Part shown: in pieces, positions 15,101 to 27,100 of the stretch
Layout: the number at the start of each line of letters is the position of its first letter
How positions within the stretch are numbered: the stretch's first letter is position 1
DNA from: Lingula anatina
Taxonomy: Eukaryota > Animalia > Brachiopoda
NCBI GenBank assembly: GCA_051362555.1
Contig: CM120647.1
Location: forward strand, 19,630,651-19,694,650
Direction: 5' to 3'
DNA length: 64,000 bases
The notes under the pieces: model-generated
Databases searched by the model: none
What the model saw: only the letters and a program-made list of their open reading frames with translations
What the model was told of the DNA's origin: nothing
Made by a program: the position numbers and the translations under genes

Positions 15101-18100
15101 ATTTTGCGATACGCGTGGATGCGTAATGTGTTTTCCTTTATTGTCTTTAATGTGCGGCCTAAGAATACACATGCTGAACTTTATTAATAATTTTGTGTAA
15201 TTTTAACATGTAATTCTCTTATTATGGCTCTGACACATTTTTATAATATATCTTCTTAAATACACTATGTTGGATTATAGGGTCATGACTCCTTTTCGAA
15301 TATACAGCCATCATCACCAACATTGTGACCAGCACATTGTCCGTGGTGAAAATCTGCATTTCGTTTGTTATTATCATCCATACTGTAGTGTTTTCCTTTA
15401 TGGTTGTGAATAACCACTATTTATAATACATTTACGTACATCCACAATTTGTTGATATTCAAAAACAATAATTCCTTTCAAATTTTATATTTGTTGTTCC
15501 ATGTCATCTTGCTTTCTAAAATAGAAATTAGTTCCACTACATTAATTTGCATGCAATTTAGTCTACTGCTAATAATATATTGTTATAAAGTGTATAAAGT
15601 CTAAGGTAACAACAATATACTTACCTGTATATTATTTAATAGTAATTCTTAACATATTACACAATATGTCAATGACATTTAAATCATTAACCATTTGTCA
15701 AGGATATAATGTTTTATAATTTTAATAATTAAATTAAAGTTCATTCAATGAAAATAATGTTTATTCTGCATCATTTACAACAAAATAAACGTATAGTCCG
15801 TGTTTGTGACTATTCTTGTGAATAAATGTCCACAGTTTCCTGTATATTCACTAATATTCAATTGGAAATCTCCACTAATATTTCCATTATAAATCATTCA
15901 TAAATGTCAATCAAATATGAAATTATGTCATATTCATTCACTGAATAATTCATTGTGACTATATTAATAATATGATATACGTATATGTATATACATTAAA
16001 AGTCAATGTTCATTTGTTCCAACATTTTGTCTCTGGAACAGAGTTCATTACATTTCATGTAAAATCAGTTCATCTCATTTCAGTGTCATATGTCCATCTG
16101 AATTTATTAATTAATGGTACATTCCATACATTTAAACACATTTAACATAAAAAATATTTCTAAATACAAACTGTCGTACACACATCATGAATGCAATTGC
16201 TATGCTCCGTAATTTTACTATGCCGTTCTTTTAAAATTTGATGGTTTGAAAATATCAAGTTATACTTAAGATTCTATGTTCGATCCGGTGCACGTTGGTG
16301 GACAATATCGAATGTAGGATAACATTCCAGCATGTTTAATGGCTAAAAATTTGTAAAATTCGCGATCAATAATTTTGTTTAATTGTATTGCTTTTATAAA
16401 CGAAATCGGAACACGTGCTGGTAGCTGTATTGTCTGACCAGTTACGTAGTTTGTTATCACCAAATCGTGCCAATCAATCAATAAATTTGATCTAATTTTA
16501 CCTTCAATTTGTAAAATATCAGAGATCTGCGTCATATGAAAATGCCAGGAATGAGGACTTCCATTCAGTTGAATAATAGGAATAGTAATGCATCGTTGGT
16601 CATTGGCAATTTCTAAAATAAGAAGTGCCTTGTGGAAGATGCATAATTTCTTAATAATTTTATCTCGTATCCAAACTATAGCCAAAATTACACAAACACA
16701 TGCAATTAGAAATGTTATGAAGGAATATGGATCATCACAAGTTGTTTGTACTTCATAATTAATTTTTGTAGTTGTACCCAATATCCATGTTGGTACAGTT
16801 GGCATCGCTTCACCTGTATTAACATTTTTAAGGGTCATCACTGTTAGCGTTAAAATGCGAATCTTGATACATAAGTAGATCACAACGAGCATAATTGCAC
16901 TCGAAACTGCTAAGGAAATCCAAACTAAAGATTGTTTTGAATTTGATGGAAGCAAAATCTCATTTGCTGCAATAGCATCTGCCATTGAAGAATACATTCT
17001 TTTATTGTGTTTTGCTGCTTGAGCTAGTTTTCTTAAATTCAAATGATCTTTCATATCCTGCGCTAAAAATTTCGAAAAATCTTGTTGGTACATGTGTAAT
17101 CTGGAAGAATTAGTATCAAGGGGTTGAGAAAAGAAATCATTACTTCCTATTTGTGATATTTCTTTGTTGGAATAAAAATATTGCAGTAAACCAAGATTAA
17201 CAGGGTGCAATTTTGTAATTGATGTATCATTCTTGCAATCATAAACACGCGGAGGCAAATAAAAACTATCTAAGGTTAAACCGCAAAAACATGAGTAATG
17301 TATCACACAATATTGACAGCCTGGTTGGGAAGTAGTACTTGTAGGGCACTCCACTGTTATATCAGTGATATTATATAACAACAATTTTCCTATTGATAAT
17401 TCGCGCACGTTGGGTTGAACGACATTATGCAGAAAACGGAAATTACAAGTTTCAGTAATAACGTCTGACAAGTCAAAAAATAATGCTGTAACACAGGAGA
17501 AATGCGTCGCAGTCCTGAAAGGATACACGAAAGGACATAATTTGACATGATCTCCATGACATTTCTTCCAGGTAGGATTATTCATGGGAAAATAATGTTG
17601 TTTATCGTGAGAAATAGCCAAATATTTTGGTAGATCCAGTATTTGTGAAGCGTGGTTTGTAGATTGATTTAAAGGAACGGGGAATGTTTTTACTTCATAA
17701 ACATCTAATGTATGGGGATAAGCAGAAATAGGAATTTGTAGGTTAATGAATAATGAATTTTTGTGTTTTCCATATGTAAACTGTCCTTCCTTGAAATAAT
17801 ATTTAGGATTTGAATAAATAACATGTAGCGGATTGATCGTTTTCTGTGCTTCCTTTTCAATTTGATTAATGATCTGTTTTAAATGCTCTTGGGAAACCAA
17901 CAATGGCGATAATTGCCCTTTTGTCAACTGTAAACATCCTAACAATACGTTGTTAAACGCAAACATTAATTGAGAATTTGCCATATTTTCATGCATAAAT
18001 ATTCTTGATAAATGGAATACAATACTCCTTGCCGTATCACTTTGCTGTAATTGTGAACGTAATTGTTTTGATAAATTATAATTACGAACAACGGCCTTTT

Positions 18101-21100
18101 TCATGTTTTCCATTCTGTGGTCTACGTTGTGCATAAACGAGGATAATTCGTGTCCTTGTACTTCAAACCTTTTTTCGTTTGTTTTTATAAACAGCTTAAC
18201 ATATTTACGTAGTTCATCTACATCTGATTCACTTGATACTCCAAACAAATTTTTAAAGAAATTTCCCAATGGTAACAATGATCTTTGAGAACGGGACTGA
18301 TCTTTCATTTCAATATCAGGTAACATATCATATATTGCATTTAAAGTGATGTTTAAATCGTGTACCGTCTGACTTTTCATTGACATCAAGGTTTCCAGGC
18401 CCTTGTGAATGTAATAATAACAATACATATACTCTTGATTAGGACAAGGTGACTTAATATTCTCTACTTCATGCAATCTAGGTAAATCTAACTTGAATGT
18501 ATGTTTCCAATATCCAACTCCGGTAATCATTCTAGTAATTGGTTTAAATTCTACACCATAATTAATACGCTGTTCTGCTACACTCACTGTAACTGTCAAC
18601 ATACAAATGGTGATGAGAATCTTCATAACCAGTCCATTAAAGTTCAGGATTTTAGGGAATATGCAGAAATTGGTCAACCGTGGCTCATCTAGAGAAAGAT
18701 AAGAAATATTTGATAGTAAGAGAAAGTAGGTGAAAGTTTGCGCATAGCCTTAGTTAATCATATCTAAATTATCCCTAAAATTTTCTTCTCAATTAACTTT
18801 AATGAGATTTAAATAAAATTTCGTCTATTAATCATACATTCTTTTCTATATTTACTAACTATTCTTTACTTTTCTTCTTTCTTTTTCGTTGACCTTGTAA
18901 TGTTCTGTTTATGTGAAAATCTCGTTTTAACGCATCTGATATATTTTCTTCTGGTTCCCATGTAGGCGTTTTGTAATTTTTCCATTTCACTTTGTAATGT
19001 CTTTTCTTGTTGATGTTTTTACAACATAATAACCTTTCAACTTCATACCATTCGTCTTCATTCACATCATTTGTTTGGGCTTGCTCTTTATCATTCGATG
19101 CGTTTTGTGATTCACTGTCCTTTGCTAACACTTCTTGGGTTATCTTATTTTCTTCACTTTTGCTCTCACTAACTTTTCTATAGCGTGTATAATCTCTAGG
19201 GTCATAGTACTGTTTTAATCTATTTGCATGAACAGGAGATGATAATTCTTTATGAGTTGTGCAGTCTCTCAGAATATATGTATAACCTGTCGATAACACT
19301 TTTGTTATGTAATAAGGACCTTTATATTTCACATGCAATTTTGAACTCAATCCTTTTGGTGTCAAAGGTGTGTATACCCACACTCTATCTCCTATTCTAA
19401 ATGTTGGTACCTTCGTTTTTTTATCATAATTCTTTTTATAAACTTTCTGTGCTGTTTCTTTGTTTTTCGTGGCAATTTCCCTAGCTATCTCTAAATTTTC
19501 TTGTAGTTCTTTAATATATTGATGCATATTCTGTACAGGTTTATCTTCAGCTAAGATATCTGTCGCTTATACTCTTCAGTCTCCCCTCCTTGTCAGGGGC
19601 GCAACCTAGGCTGAGTACCTTTCCCACTAGCTCACTTACTAGCTCATTCGTTTTCAGTTTGCTAGGGCCTGACTGTACATTGAGCTGAGCGCGGCTGCTT
19701 TTCTTAAGTCTTACTGCCTTCTGCGACCCAACCGGCCGGTGACCCAGTCGATAGCGATCACTCAATCCCGTAGAGCTTACCAAGCTCCCAGGGAGCAACC
19801 GACGGTCTGATCCCGGTCCCACTGCCATGGGTTATCGGAACTTTGACCGTTTTCACCAGCCTTGCCTGTTCACCACCGTGTTGGAACATCAACATCGCGT
19901 GGCTAGGTGAGGACTGTCGTCCCCGTACCACTCAGTGAACTTCACACTGAGCCGACTAGACGGTACCACAGTATCCTGTTAATTCAGGATTCGAGACACA
20001 GTGGGCCTTCAGTCTTCTCCCACAGCACTATAACACCTCTTTAATGTGCCCCTAGAGCCTTGCGACTCCACTGCCGCCTGTTTTAGACAGAGCTTCGGGG
20101 AGCCTATCCCCCTCGCCTATCTAAAGGTGTACGCATTTCTTTTCCAAAAACTAAATAATATGGTGAATATTTAGTAGATTGTGTACACGGTGTCATTCTC
20201 AATGCCATCATTACTCCAGGTAATATATCAGGCCAATTCATTTGGTCTTTCTCACAGTATGCTCTCAACGTTTGCGCAATAATAGAATTTGTTCTCTCAC
20301 ATACGGCATTTGTTTGAGGATGCCATGCACTCGTATGATACCGTTTTATGTGAAACAATTTGCATAAAGATTGAATTATCAAGGATAGGAAATTCTTTCC
20401 GCGATCTGAAATCAAATATTTCGGACACCCGTAACGTGTAAATACATCACGGTAAAGTGCCATTGCAATTTCTTTTGCTTCCTGTGTTTTCAAAGGAATT
20501 GCTTCAGAAAAATTTGAAAAAGCGCACGAAACTAACAAGATGTATTTGTAACCTTCTTCAGACTTTGTCAACGGACCAAGGATATCCATATGAAGTCTTT
20601 CAAACACATTTGTTATTGGCAATGGATTCAATGGTGCTGGTGCATCTTTCCGCAATTTCTTTACTTTTTGGCAAGTTTCACAAGATTTAACGTATTCTTG
20701 CACATCTCTAAACATTGCTTTCCAGAAATATTTATTTCTAATTGATGCGAATGTTCTATCACAACCTTGGTGAGCACCTGCTGCGAGCGAATCATGATAT
20801 TCATACAATATATCACATCTTAAATCTGTTGGAACAGCTAGCTGTTTTATGATTCTCAAATTTTCTGTTTTCCCTTTTGTCCTTGGTTGGTAAAGGTGAT
20901 ATAATATACCGTCAATCATGACGTACTGCTCAGATTCTGCAATTATCTTTCGCATTTGTTTTAAGTCATTTGGTAATTCACTATGTTCTAAATAATTTAT
21001 TATATCACTAAAGTCAGGACATTCTTGCTGTTGTTGTTTCAATCTATCTTTTTCATTTTCAATTTCTACGTCAATAGCAAATATCTGACTATTTCCATTC

Positions 21101-24100
21101 TCATTTTGTCTATTTACATTTTCTGTTTCTGTTGCTACATATAACCTAGCTTGCACCCAACCACTGTTTTGACACTTCTGTCTGCTTATATCATCCACGA
21201 CATGTACACAATCTTTGTTTTGTAAACAATTGTCTTCATCATATTCGCGTCTTGATAGAGCATCAGCTGGGTTTGTTTTTCCAGCTCTGTGTTCAATTTC
21301 AAAATCGAGGCCCTGTAATTTCAATGCCCATCTTATCAATCTACCTGTGGAATGTTTCAACGTTTGTAACCACGTAATGGCTTTGTTATCTGTGAAAACT
21401 TTGAAATGATTATTAGCCAAATACGATTCAAACTGCTTTATTCCTTCTACTACTGCTAAACATTCTAATTCATGTATTGAGTAATTCTTTTCTGCGTTGT
21501 TTAAAGATCTGCCACCGTAGGCAATAACTCTTTCTCGGTTATTTTCATCCTTTTGACCTAAAATAAAACCGATTGCTTTAATAGATGCATCTGTGGTTAA
21601 TATGAATTCTTTTGTCATATCCGGATATACTAAGATGGGTGGTGACACAAGTAAGTCTTTCAATTGTTGAAATGCTGACTGACATTCTTGATTCCATTCA
21701 AATTGAACATTTGTTCTCAATAATTTGTTTAAAGGTTCAGTTATTTTACTGAAGTCTTTAATAAATCTCCTATAAAAATTACACAATCCTAGATAACTTC
21801 TCACATCTTTTGTACTTTTTGGAACAGGAAAAGATTTCACTGCCTCTAACTTTTTATCGTCTGGTTTGATACCATCTTTTCTAATCACATGCCCTAAGTA
21901 TTCAACTTCTTGCGTTGCAAATTTACATTTACTTGGTTTCAGTTTTAGGTTGGCCTCACGTAACTTTTTGAACACTAAATCCAAATGATTCAAATGATCT
22001 TCAAACGTTTTGCTCATTACCAATATATCATCGATATATATCAGAACATTTTTCCAATTCATATCTTTGAACAGGTCATTCATAAGAGCTTGTAGACTAA
22101 CACCTGCATTCCTGAGTCCAAATGGTAATTTAAGAAATTGAAAATGTCCATGGTGTGTAATAAATGCAGTTTTGTGTTTTGTTTTGGGATCTAATTTTAA
22201 TTGCCAATATGCTCCTGCCATGTCTAACGAACTGAAATATTCAGGTTTTGCACTTCCAATTGCATCAAAAACGTCCTCTAAACGAGGTAATGGCCAATGC
22301 ATAGGCACTGTAACTTTGTTCAGCTTTCTATAATCGATTGCAAATCTGTACTCGTTCGTTTTCTTTTTCACTAAAACTACAGGAGAACTATATGCACTCA
22401 TACTTTCTTCTATAATCCCATGTTTCAACATTTCGTCAACTTGTCTTACAATCTCTTCTTTTAATTTTGGAGATGTTCGGTAAAACGTTTGTTTAATGGG
22501 AATATCATTTTCTGTCTGGATATAATGTTCATATCTGCTGGCCGTGCCTAACTCTGACATGTCTTTGGCAAAAACGTCACGATTTCGACCAATCAATAAT
22601 CTGAGTTGTTCTTTTTGATTTTCATTCAAATTAGAATTTATGATATCTATTCTCAGTTCTTCTGTATTTTTAAGTGCTATCTCTTTAGATATATTCTGAT
22701 CTTTGTTTTCATTTTGTGTCCCAATTTCTTCCAACACACTTACACTATGTGCCTCTACAGAGCACGCTTTAGCTAGGACTGTTTTGCTTGGTAATATTAT
22801 ATTTTCATCTGTTGGGTTCAAGATTTGATAACATGATCGATTTTTATCCACTGTTACCAAACATTTAGATCCTAAGATGTTTCTTTTACATGCTAACTGA
22901 TTGACTGGCTCTAACAATGCTGTATGTACACACGAAGCATGCGAGATTTTCACTGGAATTAAACATTCTGATTTTGCTGGAATGGTCTCTTTTCTAATGG
23001 ATCTAACAAATCCAATATTTGGAGGATTGTATAAAGGTAATTCTAAGTTGTACTCAGGTAGAGTAAAACCGTCAAAACCGACATCTATTTTGACATTGTG
23101 TTTTTTTAGAAAATCCATGCCTATGATCAATTTTCGAGGTAATATACGTAAAATACAAAATTCGTGATTGATAACTACATCGCCGAAACAAAGGGGTAAT
23201 TCTATCAAGCCAAGAACCTTTTGAACAGAACCATTTATTCCTGAAACTTCTTTTATATTTGATGATTTGTAAAATTTTGAATCCTTTTTGTTAATTGAAC
23301 TCAAAAATTGTTCTGACACACATGAAATCACAGCGCCAGTGTCTACCAATGCATCAACGTGCATTTTCGAAATTTTGATTGATAATAGATTGTGCATTTG
23401 ATGATTTTCAACATTTGAAAATTTGACGCATTCGTTTTCTTTTTCGTTCTTCTTATAATCTAGTCATTTATTGGCACGTGCGTAATAACAAATTTTAGAA
23501 ATATGCCCAACACGGTTGCACACGAAGCATTTCAAATTTCTAGCATAGCAATTTCTTCGAAGATGCGTGTACTTACCGCAACTCAAGCACATTGGGAATC
23601 CCTGCTCTTCTGAACGTTGACCTGATCGTGGGCCAGATTGTTTGTTTTCACGGTGCATGCTGTCTTGAAAATCGCCTCTCCTCCGATTTCCGATGTAGCG
23701 GTTGCGCGTACGATAAAATGCACCTGTCTGCTGTCTTCTCGGTTGCATAGGAGTCTGCGTCTCTCTTTGGGACGTCCCCATGATGTGCACCTCTGCAGGG
23801 CGAGTGGCGTTGATTACCTGGCTCATCTGTGCGCCGAGAGCATCTATTTTGGCTGTCACCTCCATGAGGTCCACGTTCTGCTTTATGCTGGAGGGCTGTA
23901 CCGCATTCTCAGCTAACCTTGCCTGTGACATCAGTTGGTCTAGGTCACGTGGCTCCTGTTGTACAACAAAGGGACGGATCTGTGGCAATAGACCGTTCAC
24001 AATTGCTGTTAACGTGATTTTTTCATCGAGTTGTGCCAGTTTGGCGTCATGTCTCATGGATGCGATGTAATTTTGAACGGGTTCCCCCGGCAGTTGCTGC

Positions 24101-27100
24101 CTCTTAAACAGTTTTGATGTTATAGACCAAGTTTCCGTGTTTCTTGGCCTATATCTGTTAAGAAATTCTTCTTTGAGGTTTCTCCATTCCTGTTTCACTT
24201 CCTCGGCCAAAGTTTCGTACCAGTCTAATGCAGCATCAGTGATTAATAGAGGAAAAATTGAAATAATTTGATCGTGATCAAGAGCTTTAAAGTTAATATA
24301 GTTCTTGAAATGATCTAACCATCTATCGGCGTCCTCTTGACCGTTTCCTTTAAATTTTTCAGGTGCTAGGCTCCAATCTGAACTCATGTTTTCCAGTGTT
24401 TTTATTTTCCTTCCCAAAGTTTTTCTAAATATTTCTGGGCTTTTAAGATATGTTGAGATGGGATCGCCGGGCAATTGGCTATTGTTGTTCTTTTTCGTCG
24501 TCGCTGCTGATGTAAATTGGGGACTCGGGGCGGTTGGTGAACTGTTTAATGGTACTGCTATTGATTGTTGGTGGGTCTTTTGTGGTGGGCAAATTGTCTC
24601 TGGGAGTTGAATTTTTGAGGTCGTCGTCGTCTGTATCTTCGTCACTGATGACGATAGGTGACTCGGGGCGATTGGAGATGGGTCGGTTTTTGAGGTCGTC
24701 GTCGTCTGTTTCTTCGTCACTGATGACGATAGGTGACTCGGGGCGATTGGAGATGGGTCGGTTTGGCCAGGTAACTCTGAAATTTGTGTCGTTATTGTCG
24801 TCGGTTTCGGTATCGCTATTGCTGTCGGATTCACTACTGAGGTCAATGATAATGAATACTTTTCGCCTGTCTCTATTTTTGATTCGTATAGTTCGAGATT
24901 CGTTGGAACACATTGATCAACAATTGAAAATGCGCTGTTTCCTACTGTTTCTGATTGTGTATTTACGTTAATTTGATGAGTAGTCTGTATTTCTTCGTCG
25001 TCAGACGAGTCGCTTGATGAAAGCAAGTTGCGACGTGAAAGTTTGTTTCTCACACACTTTTCTTTGGTTATAGATGGAGCAGGTGAAAAGTTTGGTGTCC
25101 TTGTATAAAATTTGATTGTTTGTTTTGGAAGTCTCTCTGATGTCTTACCTTCCAGACCCTCGATTTTCTTCTTTTCTACTGCTTGCCTAGTGTTAGCTGC
25201 TGGTGGACTCCAATCTGCTGGATTTTCTCCTTGCATCTAGAGCGTGTAGGTAGCTGGATCGATTTCTTCCACCAGTTATAGTACCGATATTTCGCCAGTA
25301 CTATAAATGAAGAACATACATCTTTTGGGGGCCTAAAAGATTTATTCGTATATTCTTATTTTCCAGTTACAATGCATTCTCTTTTATCCTATAGATCATC
25401 ATTCCAATGTCATGATGTATCACAAAGTCTTTCTCCTACATTACCTTATTTGGTAATGTAATAATTCCTCAGCTCTTACACAATGTCTATGATTATCCCT
25501 TTTTCCATAACTTTCCATCATTACGTCATTACCAAACTATAATCATTCTCTTATTAGGCAATGGTATGTTACTTGACCTTAGGTCGCCATTTCTATTAAT
25601 ACAGATTTTTCATTGTATCATCCTGAAGGAATGATAACTATACTCCCTTATTCTTTTGTTATTATAGAACAACACATGCACTCTTTAACTCTCTTACTTA
25701 CACTATTTAACCTCTTAACAAATGTATATTGTATTAGTTATGAAAGGTACAATGTATTCATTACAATCACAACTTTGTATCTGTACTTTTTTAAAATCAT
25801 TTTCATTACGATAACAATATAAACTGGGGCATTGTCTTCTATACCTTGCTGTTCACACGCATGCAACTATCTCTACAGTTAACATTCAACATGAAATTTT
25901 CTGTTTCCACCTTGCAAAACTGTGTGCCTGATTTTAGAGTATCTGGTAAAGGGCCTTTTGCATGACTTTTGGACAAAATTGGATATTTTCTAGAAGGATG
26001 TTTTTCTTCTGATGCACAATGCTCAGACAGCCTTCTTACAACTTGTGCTATTGAGAAGGATGGTTTCCGCACCATGCGTTTTAGTTTCTGTAAATAATTT
26101 TCAAAAGGAAATGCTGAAATATTATCCAGGCTCCCAAAGTTGTTTGAGAGATGTGTTAACCCATGAACATTGTATACTGCCATTTCTTGTCCATACATTT
26201 GCATAAGCTGCTGTACAAAAACTACAAGAAGCTCATTTATCACAGCCATGATAGCCAGAGAAAGACTTAATGTTTTTTATGAAGGCCCGGGCAGGTGTGT
26301 CACAGATGAATGAATGAATGGATATGAAAACATGTTTATCATGGCAAAAAAAAATCCACCTTGTATTTGTTTACACTCGTCAATAAAATCCTGTAAATAA
26401 TCGTCTAAATTATTGGGCTTCGATACCCCAGAGAATAAAGCAAGGAGTAAAGGCTTTTTGTCGGGGAGGTTTACTATTTTGCCTACTAGGGGCCAGAAAC
26501 TCTGGTTTGTGCTCTTAAATAATGGAAGCCCATCAATATTCAACTGCAAGTTGAATATAAAATCATCGGAAATGCAGTCACCCTGAATTAGACTTGAAAT
26601 GCTGTTTACAATGCCAAAATAAAAATATTGGCCACCACATTTTTGTATAATCTTATAATGGGTTTTTGTTTTTTTCAGTGTTCTTGGATCTTTAGGTAAT
26701 TGTGGGTGATACTTAATTAGCATCTTAAGAAGTTCACCCAGGGAATGATCAGTGATTTTATTTCTGATTGCCCACTCTTTTAAGTTTTGCACCAAACTAT
26801 TTTCATCATCTTTCTCATTGGAGGCATCCATCACATTTTCAGATAAAGACAATTCATGGTCTTTGTCATTGGAGACATCCATCTCATTTTCAGATAAAGA
26901 CAATTCATCATAACTAAGCACAGAATCACTGTCTGCTTCTGTCTCAGGGGGATCTAATGCAACTGGTACTAGGGAACTAGAAGCACCTTTTGGTGCATCA
27001 GAACAAGGGGGCATCCTATCCATGTCTAGCATGTGGGCTGCAACTCCTTTTTTGATGCGCCTTCGCACTGACCAGAATGAAATACCAGATTCTGCCAGAA

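Larger units (their letters stand above)
14327..25813 (-). mobile_element. Full-length env-containing Ty3/Gypsy retroelement (errantivirus-like) with chromodomain integrase
   Basis: Two 537-bp LTRs and 4-bp TSD ACAA (14323-26, 25814-17). PBS, PPT, gag, PR-RT-RH-IN order and env are all present. Confidence 0.97.
14131..27068 (-). pseudogene. CACTA transposase: frameshifted, internally deleted and split by the LTR element (27068-25818 and 14326-14131)
   Basis: LPKDPRTL, LNIDGLPLFKS..FWP, then ICDTPARAFIK..FSGYHGCDK in another frame. This jumps directly to YNVHGLTHL..FPFENY, so the middle is missing. The C-terminal DFFDSPLLS..LGI..V resumes left of the LTR element. Confidence 0.85.

Noticed and set aside
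19547-19828. 93-aa ORF inside the insert as a homing endonuclease
   Set aside because: No LAGLIDADG, GIY-YIG, HNH or His-Cys motif, and it overlaps the ribozyme core.
19556-20123. AGATA on both sides of the pol insert read as a 5-bp TSD of a SINE/MITE
   Set aside because: There are no TIRs, tail or Pol III boxes. The complete group I core, U-G splice pair and terminal G explain the insert better.
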